Source of the DNA: Selaginella moellendorffii
Lineage: Eukaryota > Plantae > Lycopodiophyta
DNA length: 64,000 nt
Assembly (NCBI RefSeq): GCF_000143415.4
Contig: NW_003314388.1
Location: 343,361 to 407,360 of the forward strand
Direction: 5' to 3'
The position numbers and the translations under genes were made by a program. Position 1 is the first letter of the stretch. Each line of letters begins with the position of its first letter. This document shows positions 14,222 to 27,621 of this stretch, in pieces. The notes beneath the pieces were generated by a model that had not been told where the DNA came from, ran no database searches, and saw nothing but the letters and a program-made list of their open reading frames with translations.

Positions 14222-17200
14222 GATGAGTCTCAGCGAGTACTATTCAATGAGATTGGGCAACTAGTCTCGTTGCATACGCAGAGATGAAAATGATGATCCG
14301 AGTGGGTACACGTTTTGGTGCAAAGACTTCGCAATCGTTCCTTGGGTATGGATTTGGTTGCCTTCTTGTACCGTAATTATGTGAGCTTGCTCTTGGGCTC
14401 ATAAGATGGATTTGAGTTGTTCCAGTAGCACGAGTTTGCGCTTGGGCTCGTGAGTGAGGCACATTAGCAACTCAAGGTTGCACTTTGAGTTGGCAGGATT
14501 AATGTTAGCCTATTGGTGGTTCCATGAGTGGTTCCAGTGGTTCCATGAGTTATTCCTTGTACCATGGGTGAAAGCAAACCTACTTGGGTTTGCTATGAGT
14601 GGCAAATAGGCTGGTCCGTAGTTGTTTAGTGCGGCACTAGTGGATCCTTCCTAGGCATGATTATAAGTGGATCAATCAAGACTATAGGGATTAGTCTATT
14701 GGTTCAAGTAGTCATGGCCGTGCTCTCTCATAAACTTTTCTTCGATTGAACTGAAGGCAGTGTGAAAGCAAGCTTGAGGTTTGGTCAAAGATGAGACCGA
14801 AAAGAGAGTCATCGGGGACAGAAGGATCAAATACATAAATCATTTTCTCTTCTTGGAGAGATGATTTGCAACGAGGTGTTAACTCATTGCTTGTGTTCAC
14901 ATCATGCAATCAAGAGTCCCTATCTTGATGCATGTTGAAGATGGTGGTCTTACAATGGTGAGTTGTGGGATGGATAGCGGTGAAGCGCTAAACCATTTTG
15001 TTTAAGCTTGCTATTGGAAGACTTGGGTTGCAATGCTCGATTCTTTTCTAGGGAACCTTGCTATTGCTCTTTGAATAGCTTGGTGTTGGATTAGTTTTGA
15101 GATTGGTTGGATAGAGAGTGGCATGTGCTTGTCCGTGTTGTGAACAAAAGTTAGCAATGTTGGGTGTTGTAAATCTTTATTGGTGGAGTGTGGCATTTAT
15201 GTTGCATTTTGTCGAATTGAGTTGGCACTTGATACTCACATAAACCTTTGAAGTAATGACATTGGCATTTCTCGTGGTGTTGCTCAATCGATGATCAAGT
15301 CATTGTGATTTCTATATCATATCCATGTGATAATGAGCAATGTGTTTACGAAGTTGCTTGGTTAAATGATGATCAACCCCAAAGTGGTTGATGGAGAAGC
15401 TAGTCTACTTGCACGAAGTAGCATTGTAGTAGCTTTGACTGAATTCTCGGAGATGGTCCATTATGCTAAACTTAAGTTGGTACCTTGTTTCCTTGAGTTT
15501 GCCCATTAGGTGTTGGAAAAGGGTTATAGCATTCACTTGCTATGACTTGTCGGTTGATCCGTTAGCATTTGGAGTAGATTGTTGGATGGAGAAGATGTAT
15601 AGTTGGGACATTGACATCACTAACACTTGTGTTAGTGGAAGTGGCATTGTTATTTCAAGTGATGAGGAATTTTCCTTGGACCTTGATTTTCCGTGTCATT
15701 TTTCTTGTTAGTGTTTCGGCTTCACATTAGATCTTGAAGGTGATTGAAGAAGAATGTTAGTGTAATGTGGATATCCAAAGATGTGGTCTTCGTGATCAAG
15801 CCTTGGATGTTCATTTTGCACTTTGCGAATGTCAGTGTTGGATGTCGGTTATATGGGCAAAGATGTTCGATGCTTAAACATGTTGTTCGATCATGAGAAT
15901 TTGTGTTGAGGTGAGCCTATATGAAGTTGTTGGTAGAAGGAAGTTGGTTGAGTCTTGAAAGTTTGCAATCCTGGACTGAGAGTCATTCTTTCTCTAGGAT
16001 GGGAAATTTTCCACAAATTTTCTTAGACTTTTCCAATGGCTGATCTATTGATCATTTTGTCCGAAAACCATTCCGTTTTCGAAGGCCAGTACAAACTAGT
16101 GAAGGGGTTGGAGTTGACTTCGGTTAACTTAGACCTTGGTAGGTAGTTTGTATGATTTAACCCGAAAAGGATGCTGACTTTTGGGGCTAAGGCAATTGAG
16201 TTGGATAGAGTCTAGAGTTGGTGTAGAAAAGTGGCCGTTACACTTTTCTAAGAAGGGTGACTCTTGTGCCTTTCTTTTGTAGCATTATGCTCGGTGACAG
16301 GTTGCACCTTGCATTTTGTTAAGATTCTATGAGAGTAGTGAGCTTTCACTGATCTTGACTTGGTCTTGGTGGCCCTGCGCCTTGGCTAAGGATGGTGATG
16401 TCCAACTTAGTTGTTTGAGGTTGAGATGTTGGTACCCATACTATAGCTTTGTCTATGAGGAGGTTGTGTACCGATATGAGTCCATCTTATGGTCTTCACT
16501 TTAGTTTTGACTGAGTGTTGATTGTATAGCTAGCCTCTTCAAAGGCATGCTCAGAGCTAGTGGCTAAATGTTTTAGTGAGCTTATTGCGGTTGAGTTGGA
16601 TTTGAGTGGTCATTTAGTTTGTGCTTGTCTATGAACTTTTATCTCGTACATGGGGTATCACGTTCATATTGGGCAAGTATATAACTTGATGACAAGAGTT
16701 GGTGTTTGGGTCTTGTGAAGGGAAGTTGAGGAGTGATTGTTAGTTTCTTTGCGACTAGTGATTACTTGTAGACTTCGTCAAGGACTTTTGACACTTGCTT
16801 TGCTCGATGATGATTTAGCGGTGATGGGCTTGCTTTACCAGATGGTGTTGCGGAGGATCGTGTCATTAGGCTGCATGGGTTTTTCCATGTTGGCATATCA
16901 ATTCCTTTGTCGATATCATTTGGTTACGTTTGGTCTATAGTGTTGGATTTCATTGAGTCTTGGATGTGGTGATTCACTCCTTGATGATGTGTTATCTGTC
17001 ACTGAGTTTTGCTAAAGGATTGGTCTCGGATACTAAGTATAGTATCTTCGACTTTGGTTAGCTTGGTTGCTAGAAAGCTCCAAGTGGTGATTCACTCTTG
17101 CTTTCTTCTAGCTTTGTCCTGGTGTTGATGGCATTGAAGTGATGCCTTGTCATTGATATTGTTGATATTGAGACTTGAGTGAAATGAAATGTCTTTCCTT

Positions 17201-19214
17201 AGGATTGATATTGAGTTTCATTAGTCTTGATGAAAAGTGTTGATGATTTGGCTTTAGCTTTGTGTTGTTGGCATTCATGCATTTGCTAGTTAGCAACTGT
17301 GTTAACGTTCAAATAAACTGAGTGGCAAGTTGAGTTAGTTATGTTCTCGATGAGTTTGTTTAGTAAGGGTTGAGCTTTAAGCTTGTCCTTGAAAAGTGAT
17401 TCAGTCGTGGACTATGCTAACTCTACAAGCGAAAGAGTTAGTGATCAATATTGGAAAGTTTGAATCCTTATTGGGTTTGAATTAAAATATAATGATCATT
17501 GATAATTCCCCTTGTGCTTGTTACGATGTGAGCTATGTCTTGCTATAGATGGATTCATGGAGGATCGATTAGATGATCACTTGTTGAGCATAACTTCATT
17601 ATGCTTGGCTTTTGGATTGATGCAGACATGCTCTTCATTAGCTTTCACATTATGAAGTTTAGCTTATGGATGTATTGAAGGGGATATTGTGGTTCTACCA
17701 TGATTTCTTCTTTAACATTGAAGTTAGTTCGTGCGAGACTTGTGATCATTGTTAGACAAGACTTGGCTATAGGCTTCTTTGAACTTTTGGTCATTTGAGT
17801 TTATTATGCTCATTGTTCCATTTGTTAGAAGTTGTTGGGGGGGAAGGCATTTTTGGCTCTTTAGCTTCGATGTACAAGTTAGTATTTGCATTTAGCAATC
17901 ATTGGTGATGATTGACTATCATCTAGGATAATTGATTATCCTTGTACGAGGTTTTGCTTGATTATCGTTGATCTAGATTGATTTGCTATTCTTCGGGATG
18001 GTGGATTCCTTCCAAGACGATGATTCTGCATATCTCTTATTGATGGGATGATTAATGATCTTTCATGATGGTTAGTTGTTATTTTTGATAGCTTATGGCT
18101 TTTTGCAATACCACAAGTTGTTTGTGGTTTGCTCTGGATTGGTCTCTTGGGTTTGAGATATTAGTAGAATGTTGCTGACACTTGCTTAGGCAACTTGAAT
18201 TCCTTAGTGTTGTTTGCTGGGATCTATTCAGATTGGCTTTTGTGATTGTTGGCAGGCATGAGTGTTTGTTGGTCTTACCACATTCATTCTCTTCTGTTGA
18301 TTGTTGCTCGAGTTAGTTTTGATAGATTTGGATGTTATTTCCTTTGGGTGATACATTTGCGAGCATTGTGCTTGTTAGTCAATGATACTTTGTGTTCTTT
18401 GAGTTCTCTCTAGTAAGTTGTTGGTTTACTGTCTACTATCTTCGGTAGTTAAGTTTCATCATTGAGTTTCCTTGATGATATACTAGCTATTGAATGTTGT
18501 TGGATGGTGATTCCTATGTTTACCAATTATAGTGATCTTGGTGGTTCCTATCTACAATACTACTGGTTTATCGGATGATAACTTACTTAGAATACTTTTG
18601 TGTTCTACTCTAAGATATAATCACTAGTAATTAAGCTTCTCAGATATCATTGTCTCTGACTTTGATATTGTCCATCTATTGATCTTTGAGTTTGGGCCAG
18701 TCTAGGCAGACTGGCTTTGGCACTTCGTGTGCATGTTGAAGTCTCTAGTCATGGGGTAGCTACTGTCGACTGGTCACATAACCCGCCTCTCTGTCGATGT
18801 TCTTTATTCCGTTAAAAGGGCGTGACCGTGTAAACAACTCTAACTGCCTGTTTACAGTAGTCTATCTAAACCTTACCGACGGGTTTGGTTTCTTTGCTTA
18901 GGAGGGTTGGGGCCTCTGGCTTCTCTCTCTATGTCTCTGCGGGCAGGGGCATATCACACTTTTGTAAGCTGGGTGACTCTCAGAGCAGCAAGGGTGGCTG
19001 ACTCCGTTGGTCATTTCTTTGTTGGCGACGGCCGAAAGGTGTCTGAGTTGGTAGCGCATCCGCGTTAGACAAAGAGGTCGTTCCATAACTCATTTAAGTC
19101 GGTGTGTTTCCCACATAGTGTGCTTTCCGTTAACTTTCGGAGTTGTTTCCTTGACGGTTTGCTAGACTCGGGTATGCATCGACGAGGATGTCGATCTTCC
19201 TTAGGGGGGGAGAG

Positions 19215-20357
19215 TGTCACGCATGTGACTTCGGGTATCGAAAGTTATCTGTCGACCAGTCCTTACGGACACTCTTACCTTACTGCCACGATGGCAGGAG
19301 ATTAGTATTGCTGGTTCCCTTTATCAGCCCCTCTTGTTCAAGTGTTAGTTTACTGGGCTTAGCATCTATACTTAGCCAGATGGACATAAGGTAGGAACTC
19401 CTATGTGTTTCTAGCTGAGCATACTCGGCCTGGCTCTTAGTTGTCTTTTGCTCTGTCTTGCACTGGCTTGACAAGAACCCTCGCATATTGAGATTGGTCC
19501 CTCAATATCGCCGAATGATAGCTTACCGTGTCTGCCAAACACCCTCGCTATCATGCCCTTTGTGTTGGTCTCATTTCGGTCCCAAATGCTATTTATGGAA
19601 AGTGTCCAGATTTGCTCATTTGGCATATCTACGGAATGTAGAGATCGTCCTGAACACAATGGTGTTCGTCCCGTGTCCAAATTCGCAATCTAGGGACATT
19701 CCATATTTAGTAAGTTTCGAGCTTGTCCCAGAGACTAACTCCTGATACTAAGGGAGGTTTGGGGTGAAAGCCCAAAGCGTGTGTTCCTCAAGGGGGGGGG
19801 GGGGCTGTGGGGGGTTCCAAATGTATAGTAGGGATAGTGGGTAGGTCGGGTATGGCCGACCAACCTGAGGCATAGTCTAGCTCCCGCTTGCGTGCTTGTC
19901 CTTGTTCTGCGTTCGGCTTGGGTCTAAGCCCAAGTTCCATTCCATGCTAGCTGGTGGAGTACCCATATCCTCACGTTAGGCCACCAGTATGCCGAAATAG
20001 CGCCAGACTCCGTTTGGCTCCGTTTTGCGTGCTGGTCCTGGCATTGGGATGCTGGTTGCTCTAGGACTATTCCAAGTCGCTCCAGGCCCCTGTCCCTTCG
20101 CTCCTTGGGCTGTACGCTCGGGAGTTGCTCTGTGGTTCGGTTCCGTCACTCCTTAGCTCCATGCTTGGGAGTTTGGCACCGTTCCTTCGTTCAGTGGCCA
20201 AGGCCTTGAACCTCGGGTTTCACACCACGGTCCTTTGGACACGTGGCATGTGACATGTGGCATCTGTCATGTGGCACAAAGGGTTTAGGTTCCGCTTTGT
20301 GGTGTTATCCTATGGTAAATCACCATAGGATAAAGGGTAAAAACCACGTGCGCTACA
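19215..20357 (+). repeat. 3' LTR, family A
   Basis: Same length as the 5' LTR; differences are mostly transitions; preceded by AGGGGGGGAGAG. Confidence 0.95.
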
Positions 20358-21249
20358 GATATCCACTAGGAAGTCCAAAACTATAGTGAATACAGACAAA
20401 CAAATGAGATAGCTTGGTAAAGTGTTCAAAAGCCGACTTTAGTTCCCCCGGGAGATCGAATGGTCGATACTCCTAATCCAAGCATGGGTGGCACTACCTA
20501 CTTGGATATTTAGCGTGGTTTAATGGAACTTTGCTCTAAGCCCATGGCTAAAGCACCCAAAGGCAGAAGGTGGGGAGAGTACCTATGAGGTTATATAAGG
20601 CCATGATGTTCCAAAATGTTGTTCCAAAGTCCTAGACAATGGAAAGGAAGAGGAGTAATCCTCTAGTGTAGTGACTAAAAATACAGTCTCATGGTGAGAA
20701 AGTCTCAAAGGACAATGGGATTTAATGGTTGGGCATATGAGCTTTGATCTAGTGGCAGTGTTGGCAAACATGACTATAGACAGAAAGGGACGTGGTGGGG
20801 ACTGAAAAAGGGATATTGAGGAAGGCTATTCTTCATGTCTGTAGGCATCCTAAGGATGCTAAGGATTGGATCTGGAAGGACCACTCATGGATGGATGACC
20901 CAGTCCTAGAAAGACAAAACTGAGATGCAAAAAATATTGGACCACCAGTGTGGCAAAGGTGAATGGGCATGGCTTTAGTGTAACAGGTTGATATATTAGT
21001 GGTACCTTTGGGTGTCGGTCATGGGATTAGACACATGAAGCACTTGAACCAAGTGCAAAAGTTGAGTGGCAGGGATGACATTTTTAGGGCTAGCAAGCCC
21101 CATGGACTTATGGAAGTTGTGGATGAGACTCCTCCAAGTGGTCAGAGATATGGTTAAATGATTAAAGTAGAATGGAAAAATTGTCACTTACACTTTGATT
21201 ATTCTTAAAGAGTGCTTAATTTTGGGATTTTGGTTTAGATTTAACTTTT

Positions 21250-23573
21250 GTAACATTTTAAATTTCTTCTCTTTTGATTGTTTTTTCATTTTTATTCATC
21301 TTTATAGTAGAGTAGTAGTTTCTTCCTTCTATGACTCTTGAGTAGCAATTAGTGCAATTGCTCAATATTATGCAATTGTAGTTAAACAATCATCTTGCTC
21401 TTACTGCCAATCTTTGTGTTTGCCCAGAGTTCTTTTGTAGGAATCCTAGGGTTGATGTGTACCATTAATTTGATCATTTTATTGTGATTGCTACCTATCA
21501 TTTTTGGATGATGCTCCATATTTGTATGAATATCCCAATTGTCTCTAAAGGATGGCATGGCAGTGGTGTAATGGTTTCAATGCAACCACTCATGTAGATT
21601 GGAGTATTCTTTTAGACATCTTTAAATGCGCATTTGGACATGTTACAATTGTGATGATGCTTTTTAACAATTGCATTATTTTCATCAAGGGCTATTTAAG
21701 TTAATTTTATTTTCATTTTTGGAGCCTCTTTCTTTATGCAAAGCTAAATATGTTAGAACAGATCAAATTAATTTCATCAAAGCATTGTGGGACTTGTGTA
21801 TGCACTTGCTTTAGCCACCCTTGACAATGCTCTTCGATAGGCATAATATTATAAAATATTGCCTCTTCCACTTCTCATTATACGTCTTTCAGCTCCACTT
21901 TATGTGGGAGATGATCCTTTTCTGATAAAGGTTGATGTTGCTACTGCTTTTATTTAAGAATAAGGGTGAGAACTTGGTCAAGGCCATGATTTCTACTACT
22001 AAGCGTATGATGAGATTAGTCACATATTTCAGTGTTATCAATGTTTTCTAGACTAGTGTCCCCCATTTCCTTCGTGGAGGCTTTGGTGTCAATTTCTTGT
22101 TAATGTTGTTATGGTGGAATGTCTTAACATAGTGATTTTTCTAGGAAGCAAGAAGTCAAGCAAGTAGTGGAGGGTTTTGCATAAATAAGTTCGTGGCCTT
22201 TCCATCCTTTTTTTGAGAGTACTATCAAAAGGTTCATTTAGCACTAATTCGTTAAATGTTTAATTTCCAAGCTTGTTTTTATAACAAAAGTCTCCTATTA
22301 TTCTCTTTATGTTAATTGATATAAGTTTGAGTTTATCTTTTATTGCTCAGTTTATTCACATGTTACTATTTACAATTGTATTGTGTGGTAAAGCTAACCT
22401 TCATTTTCTATAATAATAGCCGTACATATGCATATGCACGGGATGAGATGAACCTACTTGACGTGATGAATTTTGATTTCATCTTGAGTATAAATTAGTT
22501 GTAATGCAATCATGCCAAATGTGATTTTGAGGCTTCTCCCTCTTCTTTCATACTTTCTCATATTTTTTCTATTCCTATCACTTCTATTCCCTTTTGTCTT
22601 TTCAATTTTACCTCTACTTTCTATTATGTTTCCATCATGCTCTTTTATTCCCCTTTTAGATCCCTTCAATGGTGTTTATGTTGTAGAGGTGGATTGACTC
22701 AAGAAAGAGTATTTTAATTTTTTCAATATTGATTTGTCATTTGAGGCTAAGATTGCAACATGTCATTTTATTCTAACTAGGGATGCTCATCCAATCAAAG
22801 TTTCTATTTTAGTATTGGTCACTAAAGGAGATTATTATATGTGAATGTCAAGGAGATGTTAGATAATGGTGTTATCTAAAAATCTTGGAGTTTATGAGTG
22901 TGTAAACCTTATCTTGTGATAAAGTTTAATAGGAGTATTCACTTTTTTATTGACCATTATCTATTAAATGATGTGACTATCCTAGATATATACCCTCTTC
23001 TTCATATGGTTGATCTTTTAAATTGTTTAGGGGGAAGGCATTAGTTCACTAAATTAGATCTTGCTTTTAGATATTAACAAGTGTTGACGGCCAAAGAAGA
23101 TGTTTCTAAAACTATTTTTTATATACCATTTAATTTGTATAAGTTTTTAGTGATGTCGTTCATTTTGAATAATGCTTTAATAATTTTCTAGTGGACGATG
23201 GATAAGGTTTTTTGCGATATGTTGGAGGTGACTATTGACTTCATTGATCCACTTGGAGGAGACATTTGAGGAGCATGTTCGTGATATTTATAAAGTGTTA
23301 AATCAATTGTTGGAAGTTAATTTAAAGCTAAAGTGATTGAAATGCATGTTTGGGTTCAAAGACATAATTTATCTTGGATGTTATATGTTTCATGAAGGTT
23401 TGCAAGTTGATCATAATAAACTTGTGGCTATTCTAAAGTTCTCTATTCCAAAGTGTTTGAATGATATCTAGCAGTTCTTAAGCAAGGTGCAATATCTCAG
23501 TTGTTTCATTGATTATCTTTTTGATCGTACTGTATCGTTGCTAACATTGTTGAAGTTATCAACATATCTTTTA
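21250..23573 (+). mobile_element. Decayed Ty3/Gypsy gag-pol, 5' half (RT remnant)
   Basis: About 22950-23090 reads DHYLLNDVTILDIYPLLHMVDLLNCLGG..FTKLDLAFRY*QV, a degenerate DYRxLN..YPLP..FSKLDL RT block. Left boundary approximate. Confidence 0.75.
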
Positions 23574-26500
23574 GAGTGAAAACCACTCTTGACCTCATAA
23601 GCTGAAAAGTTGAGCTCAATTTTCAATTGCCGTTTAATACAAATATTATAAATTTTAAAAAATTAAGGTTATAGAAAACCTAAATTTATATTATATTTTC
23701 ATAACTCTCTACATTTTATAAGGATATTTTAGAAGAGGCTTTTCATCCAAGAAGTTAAATATTTACTGTATGTTATTTTATTTAAGTTTTTTAAAACATA
23801 AAATAAAATTGTTAATGTTGGTAGTTTCAACTCTTGAAATCTTTCTTCTCAGGGTAGTAATTTAAAGACTAGGAGCTGCAATATTCATCCTATTGCATAA
23901 CACATCCAAACCATACAAAAGGTAAGAAAAGAGGATAATGAGAATAATGATTATATATTAAAGATAAAAGCAATGATAAATTGTGCAATAATTTAGGCGA
24001 AAATGAATTCCCTCCTATTTGTTTTAAAAAATTGTAATTTCATGATTTTCAAGAAATGCCCCATCTATTTTCTAGCTTTTTGTGGAAACAGTGGCGACAA
24101 TCAGTACAACAACTTATACACGCTTACAACATATTGCAATATCATAGCCCCAAACTTCTATAAAATATGTTTTGAGATGGTAAAGACAAAAATAGATAGT
24201 ATTATAACAAGAAAACTTGGAAGTATATGAAATGAAATGAATATTTTAATATTAATTATATAAAGTATAAACGGTATATATTACCGATAAAGAATAAATA
24301 TTAATAGTCTTGGAGAATATTATTAACTCCAAAAGTTTTACAACTTAGCAGTAGTAAAGTTTGTTTAGTGTATATGAATGTCCACTTTAGGATCTTAGTG
24401 TAAAGTGTTGATGAAAATATAGTACATATATACCTTCCTATATTTCTTGTGCTTAGTAAAGTTTGGTTATGTGTAAGGAAAGTATTGAATAACAATTGTG
24501 TATTCTCCATTTTCTATTATGACAATGTGCAATATTTTGGAGCAAAATAGTATTCAATATCAAGTCTGTGAAAGCTTTTTGTTCTAAGATCTATACTGAT
24601 ATCTTTACCAATAAAGAAAAATAACACTTTGAGTGAATAGTTTTTATGTTAGTAATAGAAGCTTGGGAATTGTACTCCATAAATATGCCACGAACTATTT
24701 CCTCAGCTACAATTGCTACTTCTTGAGCTAGTGGAGTCACCTTCCTCTTTATCCTATTGTGTAACATCTCAACAAAAAGCCTTGTTCCTAGTATCTTCTT
24801 TTCTCGAATGCTAATGTTTTTTAAGATTGCTTTATAGCATATATCAAATCCAATAAACATGTTTTATATAAACTTATCTTCCTTTTCCTTGCCTCAAAAT
24901 ATACTAGCTCTAATATTTATTCTTAGAAAGATTCATAGTTCAAGTGGTTGGTTCTAATAAAAAAGGCAACATTAAAAGGCAAAAAAAAGAAAGAAGAAAT
25001 AAGAAATTTCATCTCTTCTAACCACTCTATCCCATAGAAGGAAGTAGTATATTTTGGCCTTGTAAATGGCATAACATAAAGGAAAAATCTTGCAAAACTA
25101 ACACTTAAATCCAATAATAATGGTGTCAGAGATAAGAGGATTGATTGTAAACCTTTCAAAAAATATAAAATTTCTATAACTATTTTGATTACATGCTTCA
25201 TCCATGCAATCTAAATGCTTACCATAGTGAATTATAGACACTGTTCCTTCAAAATGCTGGAAGTGTGTGGTTTTGATCTTACACCAGTTTTAGACATCTT
25301 ACTTAGTTTCCATCCCTTTTCGTTTAGAATTAGTGTTATTGATAAAAGGTTTTAGATAAAAAAATATATTACTATTGTAGCAAAATGGAAGCTAACTCAT
25401 GGGTTTATATAAAAATAAATGTACGTTGACTGGGAAATGGGAAAAGTGGAAAGCATTATTAATAGCTTTGAATATTACTGAAGATGGAGCTTGTGAATTT
25501 GGGGCTAACTTTTCCACTTGAACTGGAAGAGGAGGAGAGGATGATGACTAACTCTTTCTTCACATTCACTTTGGCTTAAACATTTTGATTGGAGATCCAA
25601 AAATTTGAATCTCCTTGGACTTTGAATTTTGCAAATCTTATTATTATCCACCCTTGCCCACACTAGAAAGAGAAAATACCAAGTAGCAACTATATTAATG
25701 TTGTTGCAGATCACAACCTCTAACAAAATAGAGCCAAGACGAAGATTAAAATGGCAATATAAATTTTTTTTAGAAAATGACTTTGAAACAACAAAAGCAG
25801 TGGGTGATCTCAAAAATGTAGAAAAACCTCTTCATCCTTTTTTATAGGTTTTGGAGTTCTCTATCTCCCTTATGCTACTTATAAAAATCTATAGTGAAAC
25901 ATAAATTGAGATTTAAGGAGAGCAATAAAAAGAATAATAACAATGTACAAATGAATTTAAATACTATAGCATATCTAATATGTGTAACTGTGATAGTATT
26001 ATCATGTGTTTTGTTGTCTATTGCATGCACACAAATCCTAGAAAAGGTTTTCAGCATGTGAAGTTTCATTGTTAGTGATGATAGTAATGACATTCTGCTT
26101 TGGTATGGAAATCCAAAATATCTGATCATGTGTAAAATATCAGTAGTTTGTCAAATCTTTAGTGTTAGGTGATGTTAGTAATGATAATTCTTCATTCACA
26201 TAGTTTTGATTCCTAATATGAGTTGAATTTTAGCCATATATGCAAATACTACTCAATGACATTTAGAGTATGTGCCAATAATTTAGATTCATACACAATA
26301 CAAAACAAATTTATGGATGAGGATTCATCCATTCATAGATTGAAATAGTATAATATATTTAATATAAAAATGCAACATACAAAATTTATACTCTTTAAAG
26401 TTCTGTCATGAATCCAAAATTTGTGTGAAATCTTGTTGAGAATCCATCCTTTCTATATAATTGGGAAAACTAATATTAATTCTCCAATAACTTAAACATT

Positions 26501-26604
26501 GAAAGGTGCTATATATACCATCATTTATAAATTTTAAAACAATTTACATACAATATCAATGTAACTTATGTTATTGACAAAATAAAATAGGGTTTAGGCT
26601 AAGT

Positions 26605-27621
26605 AGTTTTTGGCCTCGGAGCCCGAGGTTATTCAAATAACCTTGGGCCCCCGGACACCAAAATTGCCTAAGCTTGAACTTGGGATCGCCACCTCAGGCA
26701 GTTTCTGGCCTCGAGAGCCCAAAGTTATTCAAATAACTTTGGGACCCTAGACCCCAAAACTACCCAAGATCAAGCTCAAGCTTGCCATCTTGGGCAGTTT
26801 CTAGCCTCGATAGCTTGAGGTTATTCAAATAACCTTGGGCCCCTGGACCCCAAAACTACCTAAGGTGGGCAGTTTCTGGCCTTGAGGGCCCCAAGTTATT
26901 CAAAGAACCTCGGGCCCCTGGACCCCGAAACTACCTAGATCGAGCTCAGGCTCACCACCTCGGGTAGTTTCAAGGTCCAGGGACCCAAGGTGATTTGAAT
27001 AACCTTAGGCCCTCGAGGCCAGAAACTGCCTAAGGTGGCAAGCCCGAGCTTGAGCTCAACTTCGGGCAGTTTCGGGGTCTAGGGGCCCGAGGTTATTTGA
27101 ATAACCTTGGGCCCTCGAGGCTAGAAACTACCCGAGGTCAAGCTCGAGCTTGCCACCTGTCGCAGTTTCTAGCCTCAAGGGCTCGAGGTTATTCAAATAA
27201 TCTCGGGCCCTTGGACCCCGAAACTGCCCGAGGTCGAGCTCGGGCTTGCCACTTCCAGCAGTTTCTAGCCTTGAGGGCCCGAGGTTATTCAAATAACCTC
27301 AGGGCCTCGGACACCAAAACTGCCTGAGGTTGAGCTCGGGCTTGCCATCTCAGGCAGTTTTTGGCCTCGAGGGCCCGAGGTTATTCAAATAACCTCAAGC
27401 CCCTGGACATCAAAACTGCCCGAGGTCCAGCTCAGGCTCGCCACCTCGGGCAATTTCTGGCCTCGAGGGCCCAAGGTTATTCAAATAACCTCGAGCCCCT
27501 GGACCCCAAAACTGCTTGAGGTCGAGCTTGGGCTCGCCACCTCGGGTAGTTTCTGGCCTCGACGGCCCGAAGTTATTTGAATAACCTCAGGCCCTCGAGG
27601 CCAGAAACTGCCCGAGGTAGC
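26605..27621. repeat. 96-bp GC-rich palindromic tandem array, left part
   Basis: Unit starts at 26699, 26795, 27163, 27259 and 27355 (96-bp spacing); core GGGCCCGAGGTTATT-CA-AATAACCTCGGGCCC; some units are inverted. Confidence 0.9.

Larger units (their letters stand above)
13066..20357 (+). mobile_element. Complete non-autonomous LTR retrotransposon, family A (LARD-like), TSD GATAT
   Basis: Two 1143-bp TG...CA LTRs, PBS TGGTATCAGAG at 14211, polypurine tract at 19203-19214, GATAT at 13061-13065 and 20358-20362. The 5-kb interior has no ORF over 100 aa. Confidence 0.95.
12945..21192 (+). mobile_element. 5'-truncated family-B LTR, split by the family-A element
   Basis: 12945-13065 joined to 20363-21192 reads 'caggtgttaggtgatgagatatccactaggaagtcc', the reverse complement of the B LTR at about 28435-28475; ends 'tcacttaca' at 21192. 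Confidence 0.8.

Noticed and set aside
26605-27621. Palindromic repeat array as a CRISPR
   Set aside because: No unique spacers (the whole 96-bp unit repeats), no cas genes, eukaryotic context.
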